Source: Chromera velia (lineage: Eukaryota). From it: DNA of 20,000 nucleotides. The notes beneath the pieces were generated by a model that had not been told where the DNA came from, ran no database searches, and saw only the letters and a program-made list of their open reading frames with translations. Shown here one piece after another: positions 1 to 10,008 of the stretch. The first letter of the stretch is position 1, and every line of letters starts with the position of its first letter. The stretch covers positions 114,892-134,891 of the forward strand of contig JAHBMJ010000157.1 in the NCBI GenBank assembly GCA_018398765.1. The letters are read 5' to 3'. The translations under genes were made by a program, and so were the position numbers.

Positions 1-213
1 AAATATGCATGTCGACGAAGAATTGAAAAGTGAGACAACAACGATTTCAGACTGAAGCAAACAGTAGACCTATAAAAAGGCTACACAGCCTTAAATCCGT
101 TCCTGCACACAGATATCCGGCTTGTATTCGGAAAGTGGCAGGGACTTTCACTGCACCACCTTGCTTGCTCTGCTGTAAAAAGCCCCCTTACCCTGCAAAG
201 CCTAGTTGCATGA

Positions 214-298
214 TGGCCGGGTAATTACCGGGTAACCGGTTACCTGGCCGGGCTAGACCAATTTTTTAATAGTGGCCAGGTTACCGGTTTATCGGCCA
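214..298. repeat. Cluster of nested palindromes/inverted repeats; possible DNA-transposon terminus
   Basis: Perfect palindromes GGTAATTACC (220-229) and GGTAACCGGTTACC (231-244). AACCGGTTACCTGGCC (234-249) is near-inverted to GGCCAGGTTACCGGTT (274-289). The transposon interpretation is inference. Confidence 0.6.
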
Positions 299-300
299 TA

Positions 301-393
301 TAATTAAAAAAAAAAACAAAAATAAAAATCTAGAAAAAAAAATTAAAAAAAAATATAGAAAAAAAAAATTATAGAAAAAAAATTAAAAAAAAA
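301..393 (+). repeat. A-rich low-complexity tract
   Basis: Repeated runs of A (up to ~11) separated by TT/TAG/TATAG. Confidence 0.9.
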
Positions 394-639
394 TCTGACC
401 GCATTCAAAAGACGCGGAAACTTTTGAATCCTAAAACTGTTTTTCTTTCACGCATGAAACTTATATGCACGCACAACAAGCGAATAACATGCATGAAAAT
501 TGTGCAAAGTTTCCTGCTCAGAAATCTTCTTGACATGAAAATTGCAGCTTCCATCGCGTAGTCCCCAAATAGGTAACTGCAGAAAGAGTCCACCAGCCAA
601 CTGAGAGGCAGACTTACCAACAGACTGGATCACTCAAGT

Positions 640-1034
640 AAACAGACAGGCAGGCAGACTATATGTTTTTTCTTCTCAAGACAGACAGGCAAACAGACAG
701 ACAGGCAGACTACATGTTTCTTCTTCTCAAGACAAACAGGCAAATAGACAGACAGGCAGACTACATGTTTCTTCTTCTCAAGACAGACAGGCAAACAGAC
801 AGATAGGCAGACTACATGTTTCTTCTTCTTCTCCCTCCCTTTCTTCATGAACACAATAGATAAAAAGAAAGAAAGGAAGAATAAAGACAAAAGAACATTA
901 CTAACAATCAAACAGCGTGGGAAGGCAGGCAGACTACATGTTTCTTCTTCTCAAGATAAACAGGCAAACAGACAAACAGGCAGACTACATGTTTCTTTTT
1001 CTTAAGACAGACAGGCAAACAGACAGACAGACAG
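640..1034 (+). repeat. 51-bp minisatellite (AGACAGACAGGCAAACAGACAGACAGGCAGACTACATGTTTCTTCTTCTCA), interrupted at ~830-922
   Basis: Units start at 679, 730, 781, 954 and 1005, with partial units at ~640 and ~923. The 17-aa periodicity of the spurious ORF 630..911 reflects the 51-bp period. Confidence 0.93.
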
Positions 1035-1062
1035 TGTAAATTAGTGTACTAACATCTAGACT

Positions 1063-3573
1063 AATACTCATTTCTGGGCCTCTGTATTTGAGGGTGAAGG
1101 GCTCCCTCCTCCTCCAGTTGCTTCCCCTGCTTTCTCTCTCTCTTCCCCCCCTCCTCCCCTGGCCTTCTCTTATAAAAGGATTATCGGTGCCCTCCGATCG
1201 ATCGATACGAGTAAGGCTGACGGAATTGGGAGCGTTTCCCCCAGGCATCTTGACCTTTGTTTCAGCTCCTCTCCCCTTTCTCGTTTCCTTCTTTTTGTCC
1301 TTTTTAATTTATTTCATCGTTATTCCTATTGGCCGTCTCTTTAGAATTTGATCCGTGTAGTTCCGGTTCCGAAAGGCCCCCCCTCTCCTGACTGCTCGGA
1401 ATGGAGACCTATCCACATTGTGTGTTTACTTGCGAAACTGCTTGCCCTTCTGATGGACGAGAGATTGAGAGAACAGACCTCATTAGACAACCGCCAGCTA
1501 GGGTTCAGGAAGGGGGTTGGGACCAGGGAGGCCATTGCAGCGCTGGCGGGACTCGTAGCGAGCTCCAAAGCCCGGAAACTCCGCCTTCTGGCTGCGTTTG
1601 TTGACTTTTCTAAGGCGTTTGATAAGGTCTCTCGAGGTTTGTTGCTGAGACGGCTTCGGGAGGAGGGTGTGTCGGAATATGATATTTTGATGGTGCATGC
1701 TATGTACTTTGATGTCTGGGCGAGGGTCGATGGTGCAAATAGAGAGATACAGGAAGGGGCGGGGGTAAAACAGGGTGACCCTCTCTCTCTTCTGCTCTTC
1801 CTTCTATTCATTAATAATCTGTACCGCCACATCCGCCTCTCGGCTCACCGAGAGGATGAGCTCGGGAAAGAGTCAGAGAAGGATGGAACAGTGTCTGATG
1901 AGAGGTCTATAGAAAGCAGAACGCGTGACTACCCTTGGGCAGGCAGATTGAGAGGGGTTGGCATTGGGAAAGGGAACAAGAAGACCGAAATAGCAATGAA
2001 AAGGAAAAGAGGGAAAGTCAGGGTCAGTCAGGACAATACGATCTATGTGGGGCCCGAGCCCTAGCCCGAGCCTCTCGAAAGCCTCGGTTACGCTGACGAC
2101 CTTGTTCTGTTTGGTCGTTCTTCACATGAGCTTCAAGCGAGAATGAATAAATTGGCGGAATATTGTTGGATGTGGGGCTTCACGGTCAATTTGAAAAAGA
2201 TAAAAGTAATGAGGCTTTCCTGCAGCAAGGAGAATATTAGTCAGCAAATCTTCTTTGAAGGGAAGGAAGTTGAGAGAACGGGCCAGTATAAGTATTTAGG
2301 CTGCACCTTTTTTGAAGGCGGATCTCTCCGTTCCTCTGTGAGACATCGCCTGGGAGTGGCAGAGAAGGCACTCGGGGGGGTTATTGGGCTCTGGGTTTCT
2401 CCTGGTCGTCTCTCCCCAACTTAGAAAATTATGCTCTTTCGGGGCTTTAGATTCCTGTGGCCCTTTACGGGCTAGAAGAGTTTTCCCTCAGCCAAGCAGA
2501 CATGAAAGCGTTGGATGATTTGCAACTACGTTTTGTTAGATGGGTTTTCGGCCTTCCTCACAATTCGTTTCATGTCCCCTCCCTCTTTATCTCCGGCTTA
2601 TACCCAATACGGGCTATCTTGACTGAAAGAGTGGGAGGTTTTTTACGTAGCCTCTCCTTAACATCCCACTGTATGCCCGCTGGCTTTTTAGATCTCTGCA
2701 AAGACGGCCTTTATGGCGATTCGTGGAGGTCCGTCAAGCTGTTGGTGGGACCTTTCGCTCCTGAACTCTTCTCTGTCGAGGAGGTGCCTTTGGGCCCGGG
2801 AGAGAAAGCTGCATTAAAAAGAAAGCTCGTAGTAGAAGGGAGAGATAGGGAGGCATAAGAATGGTTGGACGACTGGTTTGTAGCTACCTCCCGTTCTTTG
2901 CAAAAAGAAGGCCGGCAGGGCAGGGGAGGGCAGGCAGGACGGGGGGGGGGTTTTCCTGACGGAGTGAGGCCTTCGGTCTTCCAAGTCGAACATCCGTCTA
3001 GACAGCGCTTGGCCCGTCTTGTTATGGGAGGATGGACCGGCTCAAGCGGGCGGCGTGTTCCTATGGTTCGACCTCTCCCTAGGAGGCTGCTCTGTTCGGA
3101 GGCCAACGTCAGGCCGATTGCCCGTACACTGTTNNNNNNNNNNNNNNNNNNNNNNNNNNNNNNNNNNNNNNNNNNNNNNNNNNNNNNNNNNNNNNNNNNN
3201 NNNNNNNNNNNNNNNNNNNNNNNNNNNNNNNNNNNGGGGGGGGGGGGGGTTTCTGAACGGGGAGGTAGAGACGGTCTGCGAGCACTGCCCCCTCGATTTG
3301 TATGGGCGTGGCCATCTGAATAATGTTGTCCATAAGTTGACTGAATGCAAAGGGACCGAAAGGGAGAGGGGACGCATGAATAGGCTTTTGAATGAAATAA
3401 GAGACGTTTGCTCTAAGTCGGACTTGATTGTGTGGGCACAACAAATGGCTAAGCAGCAGTTGGAACGGGGTGTGAGCGAAAATAAGAAGAAAGTGAGGGA
3501 GATCTTCACACTTCTCCTCGAAAAGCATCCTGTTGCAGGCGCACGGGCGATCTCCGATTGCCTTTGTAAGTAG
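1063..3573 (+). pseudogene. LINE ORF2 reverse transcriptase pseudogene with C-terminal zinc knuckle
   Basis: Frame +1 reads FSYKRIIGALRSIDTSKADGI...LFNLF..WPSL*NLIRVVPVPK..WRPI..QLGFRKG..FVDFSKAFDKV..GVKQGDPLS..YADD (2089-2100)..VNLKK..YKYLG. After a frameshift near 2445 it reads LYGLEEF, and CEHC-x15-H-x4-C lies near 3277-3350. Stops at 1342, 2062, 2422 and 2856; terminal TAG at 3571-3573. Confidence 0.93.
3134..3235. other. Assembly gap (Ns) inside the LINE, next to a poly-G run
   Basis: 102 N bases followed by a G homopolymer. Confidence 0.99.
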
Positions 3574-3595
3574 CTGTGTGTATTCCCTCAGTCTG

Positions 3596-3651
3596 TCCTT
3601 CTTTCTCTTTTCTTCCTTTCTTTCTTTCTTTCTTTCTTTCTTCCTTTCTTC

Positions 3652-3688
<37 letters not shown>

Positions 3689-3700
3689 TTTTCCCTCACT
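3596..3700 (+). repeat. (TTTC)n microsatellite in LINE 3' UTR
   Basis: Imperfect TTTC/TTCC tandem run directly after the ORF2 stop. Confidence 0.92.
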
Positions 3701-3796
3701 TCCTCTCACTCTTTCCCTGTCGTTGTTCATTCTTGACGACCGTACTTGTTTTTAAGGGGAATATTTCGTTATGTCAGTCCGAGTGTGTTTCATCCA

Positions 3797-3818
3797 ATTG
3801 ATTGATTGATTGATTGAT
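3797..3818 (+). repeat. (ATTG)5 repeat, likely LINE 3' tail
   Basis: ATTGATTGATTGATTGATTGAT about 225 bp after the stop. Short tandem-repeat tails are typical of RTE/CR1/L2 LINEs. Confidence 0.7.
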
Positions 3819-4161
3819 GAATAAACAAGGGTGGAACGGAATCAATCGGGGGGTGAGCAAAAAGTATATGGGGGGGAAACGTGAGACGCACAACCCTACG
3901 AGGCCCAGGCTGCGGGGCTCGGATAGTACCCTTCGTGTGAGAGTGGGAGGCGGCGGGAAGTGACGGGCTTAAGCCTGCACGGGTACGGGGGGGCATGCAA
4001 GGCGCTCATACTCGTGCAGTTCATAAGCGGGTCTGCGAGCGGGGTGCATGCTACGTGCGGCTTCTCCATTCTTCTTCCTTTTTCTCCCCTTTTTGAATTT
4101 CTTTATCATACTTACTACTCGCAATTTCACTCCCCTGGAAAATAAGTCATGCCTCAGAGAT

Positions 4162-4218
4162 GAACCGACCGAACTGACTGAACTGACTGAACTAACCGAA
4201 CTGCAGGAACTAAACTGA
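4162..4218 (+). repeat. Degenerate 9-bp tandem repeat (GAACTGACT)
   Basis: GAACCGACC GAACTGACT GAACTGACT GAACTAACC GAACTGCAG GAACTAAAC. Confidence 0.8.
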
Positions 4219-5252
4219 GAAAGAAACCTTTGCGTGTACGTCTTCAGCAGAAAAGATAGGGAATCAAAGGAGATTGGGAGTTCTGATCTTTTTCTCTCTC
4301 CGTCTCCTTCCGTTCCGCCTTGGGTGATTTTCTTTAGAGGTCATCTGACAGACCTCTAACTGACACGAACTGATAGAAGGAATCTCACTAGCCCGTGACC
4401 CTTGGAGGAAAAAAAAGATACAAAAATAGAGGAGTTCGTCTCTGTCCTTTCTGTTCCCCTTGAGGTACTTGTTTTTTCCCTTTCCTTCTCGTTTCCCCCT
4501 CCGCTCAGGCGTGCCAGTGCTGTTCTGGCGCTTTGATCGGTCATGGGAACCCTCTTCTGGGCGAAATGCAGGCAGTCCTCGATCGTCTCAAGGGTGGGAT
4601 AGAGAGCGTGTTGTAACTCAGCCTGTAAGAGAACTACCAGATGAAGCAAAAGCCTGTTTGCTTAGAGGTGAAGCCACCCTCCACTTCCATCCGCCTCCCC
4701 ACCCCTGTCAGGCTCTCATCGAGTCAATTTACCCCAGTGGGGCCTAAGTCGAAAATTTAACTCTATGTATGATGCTCTAGGTTGGTCAAAGTCTATACGG
4801 CTTACTAGCTTTAACCCCATACATCATCATCATCAATAGGATGCATAGAACTAAAATTTCTAGTAAAATTTGTATTTAAATGAATCTGATGAGGCTTTTT
4901 ACTTCTTCTTAATTCTAGTTCATTAAGTTCAGAGTAGTAGCTCTTCTTAACAGCAAATAGTAAACTTAAAATTAATGTGGTGCATAGTACACTGTGATGA
5001 GTCCCCTACTTTTGCTGACCTTGTCCCTTGGGCACTGTTAAGCAGTTAGTCAAAGGTCTCCTCTGACAAAACTCTAAATAATCACACTGAAAAAAAATGA
5101 AGGCTCTACTCACTTAGTGAAAGTACATAAAGAACAACTTCAGTCATGCAGTCAGTCTACTTCAAGTACAGAATTCATACATGATCCTACGATGAAGAAG
5201 AAGTAGTGTCAGTGGAACTTTGTTCAAAAACTCAAACTTTCAGGCTCTAAAT

Positions 5253-5625
5253 CGATCAAATTGCTGGCTGAGCGCGCCGCGATTGATTTTTTTTTTCCGA
5301 TTCGAGACGACCGCGCGTGCATGTCCGCGCCAAGAGGCTGTAACAGTTTGTCCCCAGAAGGCAGTTCTTTGAGTGATTCCTAATCGTTTCTGCTTTGCGG
5401 GGCCAGGCGGGGCTTTGCATGCGTGCATGCACCCCGGCCGGCGCCCCGGAGCGGCCCTCTCGGCCTTTTGAGCGCAATTCTGCCCCGTGGGTCCAATTCC
5501 TTTCCAGTCCCCTTCCCTTGGGCCATCGTGCAGCCAGCAACGTTCCACCTGCCAAGGCCGCACGCTGCATGTCCGCGACTCTCTTTCTGAGCAGTCTGAC
5601 ACATGAAAGATCCGTCTACATGCAT
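5253..5625. promoter_or_regulatory. GC/CpG-rich island with TGCATG(CA) motifs, promoter-like
   Basis: Dense CpG; TGCATGCGTGCATGCA at 5416-5431, further TGCATG near 5317 and 5566. TGCATGCA is a known ApiAP2-bound motif in apicomplexans; function here is inferred. Confidence 0.35.
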
Positions 5626-6620
5626 CATTTCTCTTCTTTCTCATCCCTTGCTTCAAGTTGTTCACTTTTTTTGCTTCTTTTATCACATTCAGACCTCGTT
5701 CCTATGCTGTTCTGCTGGAGACGGACGTAGAAAATGATGAAGAGACGGCAACCAAAAGGAAAGGGAAGCGACAGAACTGATGACTGTTCGTGAAGTAGAC
5801 GGTGTCACAAAAGAACAGGCTGGTCAGTCTCTTCATGCCTCTTTGCGTCTCCTTTCTTTCCTTTTTCGTTTTTGCTAGCTCGCGCTCTCCACAAAGCTGA
5901 TCTCGTTGTTCTCGCTGCATGGAATCTCATGTGCATGCTACGTGCATGCTGTTCTGGTCTTTCTGTTTCTGGCTCTCTGTATGTCGCGCTTTGCTGCGTC
6001 TGTCTGACTTCTTTGTTCTTGAACATACTGCACTGCCTCTTTTTCTTTCTTTCATGAGACCGTCACTGCTTTATTGGAAAGAGTTGCAGTTAGCATAAGA
6101 AAGGTATTGATAAGGGAAAAGACAAAAATTCATCTGCTTCTCGCCTCAACTTCCTTCCCCCACCGTCTTTTTCTTTCACATGGTCTCTATTGGATGCAGA
6201 AGAAAGAAAGAAGGAGAAAAAATTCAACACATGCATTCAGTGTTGTCTGCCTTTGCTTGTTTTGCCCCTCCCCTTCTCAATTCTCTCCGTTTGTCCCCGT
6301 AGGACCGGGAGAGAGTAAAACGTTCAGGGCATGTTCAGTCTGAAAAAGTGATACAGGTTGGTCCCTTTTTCCGTTTGCATTTCCTTCACTCTGCACATGA
6401 CGAGAAATGCTGAGAGTCTCTTGAGACCCTCAGTGTGAAAGAGGGTAAAGGAACACAAGAAAAAGGAGGGGCACATCCATTTTCTCTGCTCGTAGCAGAA
6501 TGTGCGGCAAGTCTTTCAGACCAGACTCACAGTGTTGAAGCACGTGCGAGTTCTTTCATGCTCAGAGAGACAGAGAACACACTCACTGTCAGACAAGCAG
6601 AGCATATAAGTGCATGCATT

Positions 6621-6800
6621 CAGACAGACAGACAGACAGACGGACAGACAGACAGATGTCCTCTATCATGTAGATAGACAGACAGAAAAGCAGATAGGCA
6701 GAGACACAAACAGATAGATGGACGAACAAACAGACATGTAGACAGACAGACAGGCAGGCAGGTAGATCGACAGGCAGACAGACGGACAGAGAAACAGATG
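6621..6800 (+). repeat. Degenerate (CAGA/TAGA/CAGG)n microsatellite
   Basis: CAGACAGACAGACAGACAGACGGACAGAC... tract; explains the spurious CLSV-rich ORFs. Confidence 0.9.
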
Positions 6801-7214
6801 GTGAGACATATTGATGCAGACACCATACACGCAGAAAGAAGACAGGAAACACAGTAAGTATGCATCTAAGGCACCGGGAACGAAATGGGAGAAAAAGAGG
6901 AAATGGAGAATGAAAAAATGAAGTTGGGGATGTTTTCTTTGCATTCGTTCTCTTCAATGAAAGAAAGCCAGACTTGACTAAAGGGAGAGCGGACAGGAGA
7001 CGGAGTGGGAGAGAGGAGCCGATCAAGCGCTCATCTGTTCCTCTCACCCAGTAAAAATGGAGGGGAAGTCTAGTCCGCAATCAAGCAGAGAAAGAGAGGA
7101 AAAACAAAGAAGGGGCGACTTGGATGGACGTTTGAAGAAGGTACCTTGGGAAAGAAGCGAGTCGATCGAATCCTTCCAACGAGATGCTGGAACAGAGAAG
7201 GGAGAGAACAAAAA

Positions 7215-7382
7215 TGAAAGGAAGAGACAGAAGGTTCATTCATACATTCATTGAAGTAAAGCCTTTGACATTCCCTACGGAAGTGTCCTTGAAAGACAAC
7301 AGAACTGAAAGGAAGAAACAAAAGGTTCATTGATACATTCATTGAAGTAAAGCCTTTGACATTCCCTGAGGAAGTGTCCTTG
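7215..7382 (+). repeat. Direct duplication of ~77 bp, period 91 bp
   Basis: 7215-7291 and 7306-7382 share TGAAAGGAAGARACARAAGGTTCATTSATACATTCATTGAAGTAAAGCCTTTGACATTCCCTnnGGAAGTGTCCTTG. Confidence 0.92.
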
Positions 7383-7997
7383 CTTCTTGCAGAGCATAAC
7401 AACATGAGGTCTTGCAGGATGGAAGACTCTGTCCTCTTCCTCCTTCTAGGCACTTACGTGATCGAGAAGGAAAGAAGGGGAGACACATGGAGACAAAACA
7501 GGCAGAGAAATAACAGGTCAGGACAAAGACAAAGTGTTCATGAACGTCATTTCCCTTCTTCTTTTAGACTACTCTTTTCTTCGGAAGACAAAACTGAAGA
7601 AAAAAGCAAACCTCCAAAATGAACACAGAACAGGCCAAAATGCAAGAAAAAATTCCAGTGGTGAATCGTCTTTCCTCCAGCTTTCCTTCTTTTGAATCCA
7701 GTCCCGACGAAACTTGTTAGAGCTGCCGCTGGGGAGTCTCGCGTAATTGGTGGGGGGACACCAAGCGCTTTGGCATAGACTCCTTCAGGGGTTTTCTTTT
7801 GATCGTAGCACTAATTGTCGGCAGCAGTCAAGATCGGAGTCTAGGAAGGAAAACATAGAGAAAAGCACAATTCTTGCTCGACCTGAGGGTCGACCACCAA
7901 AATCATTCATGCATTCGTCCTGTCTGTGTCCGCAGAAGAGGAGAAGAGGGAGAGAAGACCGGAGAAGACACGCTAGTCTCTGGCCGGCTGTGAGAGA

Positions 7998-8006
7998 NNN
8001 NNNNNN
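7998..8006. other. Small assembly gap (9 Ns)
   Basis: N run. Confidence 0.99.
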
Positions 8007-8264
8007 GGGTGAGTTCACCTGTATGACAGTCTCGCGCTTTCTTGGTCACACTTCAGTCTGTCATTGCCGAAACGAAACAACATGTCCCTGCAGTCTTGTG
8101 GCTCTTTTTCCTTTTTCATGTGCACGTATGCATGCAAGCATGTTTATTCATTGGGAAAAGAGAAGAAAGTGGGTAGAAGGATAGAAAGAGAAATGATCCA
8201 TCATTCAGTCAGTCAGAGAGGAGAAGAGAGGTCAGATTCAGTCTGCTAGACAAAGGGTGAGGCG

Positions 8265-8595
8265 TCCCCCTCCCTACTTGCCGATGACTCTCGGTTTTGG
8301 TTGTGGCAGATGTCTGTAATCCTTCTTCTTTTGTTCGGAGTGAGAGCATAGCGCTACGGCGCGTCGCCCTTCCTTCACTTTATGATTCTCTGAAGTCTCT
8401 CTCTCATGGACTCACCGAGAAATTCCATGTCATTCTGTTCGCGTGAAGGGAAAAACACAGCTAGTGAGAAGGGGCCCCTCCTTCACTTTGTCAATGTGTT
8501 TTGTAGGGAATCACCCCTCCTTCACTTTATGCATTCCGATGCAATGCCATGATCTTTTTTGATCTCTTTTTTTTTCGAGCGCCCCTCCTTCACTT
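8265..8595 (+). repeat. Five dispersed copies of the CCCCTCCTTCACTT motif
   Basis: Copies near 8267 (degenerate), 8367, 8475, 8514 and 8582. Confidence 0.8.
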
Positions 8596-8897
8596 CACGA
8601 ATAATGTGGGACACAAGTGGAGTATGGGTGGAGGTCACATAGACAGTGTTACACACGGTGAGAGAAAGAAAGAATGAGAGAACTGAAACGAGCAAATGCA
8701 TTCAAAGAAAGAAGAGGGGAGAAGCCATTCAAGTAAGATATTCATTTTCATTGTGGTACTGCCAGGCCTGGTCTTTGCTGATGTACACAATGGGACAGAG
8801 AACGAGAAGAAGTTCAGAAGAAAAAAAAAAAAAGAACGCGTGAGTAGGAAATAGGGGGGAACTAGAGGGGGGAAAGAAGAAAAGATGAAGCAAACGT

Positions 8898-9987
8898 CAT
8901 TCATTCATGCATTCATGCAGCTGTTCTTATTCATTTCTTTTCCGTTTCCCTTTGCCCCTTCCCTTCGAATCTCTGGCTCCTCTCCTGCTACCTCTCCTCA
9001 GTTACTGCTTGTTTCCTAGCTTGTTTCTTCTCGCACGTGCCTGCGTGTGCCTTCCCTCGCTGCTGACCAGACAGGGGGAGAGGCAAGACAGTCAGAACCG
9101 AGTGATTTTCCTTCGTGTGTGTCTGTATGTGTATGTGTTCGTGTTTCCTCTGTTGACCGGACAGGGAAACAGATTGTAGTCTTCGAAAGTTGGTTGAGCA
9201 GATGGAGACGATAGTCGGGCCGGGAGAGAGAGTCGAGACACGAGCCCCACATGCACGGACAGTCTCTTCATGTATTTCCGCATTCATGTATTCGTGTGTT
9301 CATGCTTTCATTCATTCCGATTCATTCATTTCATTCCCGGTTCCCTTTTTGCCTTCCCTTGCCCCTTCCCTTTGAGTCTTCTCTTCTCTCTCCTTTGTGT
9401 TTCTTGTTGCCCGTGCCTGCACCTGCTTTCCGGGCCCGCACTGCTGACCAGACAGGGGGAAAAGTAGACCGGACAGGAGTGATGGACTTCCCTCTTTGTT
9501 CTTTCTCTGTTGACCAGACAGAGGAAGAGTCAGATCAGATGGTGAGGGAATGTTAAGCTGATGGAGAAGAGAGTAAAAAGGAGACTATAGACAAAAAGTT
9601 AAAAACCAAACATAAATCATTCAATTTCATGAAATGCATCGACCCAGAGTTCCCCTTCCCTTCAAGTTTTTTCTCTTTCTTGTTCCTTGTTGTCTCCCAT
9701 GATCTGTATTCCAGTCACTGTGTCATCTTCCTCTACTGACTAGGCAGAGAGAGAAATCACCGCAAACTGAACCAAACTCTCCTCTCTTTTTGCTTTACGG
9801 TGGCACTGCCTGCTGCTCTCTCTCTGTTGACCAGACAGAGAGAGAAACCTGTGAAACAGGCAGCAAGTGAAATCTCGTGATTGCTGAAGAGAATGGAAGA
9901 GACGAGAGAAAAAACTTGATCAACTCCCAAGCACGCCATCACTCATTAATTCATTCATTCATTCATTCATTCATTTATTCTATCCCA
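8898..9987 (-). repeat. Putative 3' LTR of the Copia element, containing three degenerate ~300-400 bp subrepeats; distal boundary unresolved
   Basis: Begins TGGGATAG on the - strand one base after the PPT. Repeated blocks: CTGCTGACCAGACAGGGGGA at 9060 and 9441 (variant 9733), CTCTGTTGACCRGACAG at 9148, 9505 and 9822, plus CCCCTTCCCTT and (CATT)n. The 5' LTR is outside the window, so this cannot be confirmed. Confidence 0.5.
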
Positions 9988-9988
9988 A

Positions 9989-10008
9989 TCCCCTTTTCCC
10001 CTTTCCTT
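9989..10008 (-). other. Polypurine tract (PPT) AAGGAAAGGGGAAAAGGGGA
   Basis: 20-nt pure purine run on the - strand, immediately after the polyprotein TGA (10009-10011) and followed by T-TG. Confidence 0.75.

Larger units (their letters stand above)
1063..3818 (+). mobile_element. 5'-truncated, inactivated non-LTR retrotransposon (LINE; RTE-like motifs, clade not certain)
   Basis: Contains an RT ORF relic, a C-terminal CCHC motif, a (TTTC)n 3' UTR and an (ATTG)5 tail. No endonuclease is seen upstream; homology appears to begin near 1063, just after the minisatellite. Confidence 0.9.

Noticed and set aside
640..1034. CRISPR-like array
   Set aside because: Head-to-tail units without unique spacers, eukaryotic context and no cas genes; it is a minisatellite.
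1895..1920. Hammerhead ribozyme core CTGATGA...GAAA (also CTGATGAG at ~4886)
   Set aside because: No pairing stem II or stems I/III can be formed around the motifs.
4356..4747. Possible exon or ORF around 4509-4667
   Set aside because: Splice-like flanks are present, but there is no recognisable motif and most frames contain stops; unsupported.
8265..8595. CRISPR-like repeat-spacer pattern
   Set aside because: The repeat is only ~14 bp and the spacer lengths are highly irregular.
3109..9556. Many short ORFs rich in CLSV, KKER or FFLS
   Set aside because: They are translations of microsatellites and low-complexity DNA, with no protein motifs.
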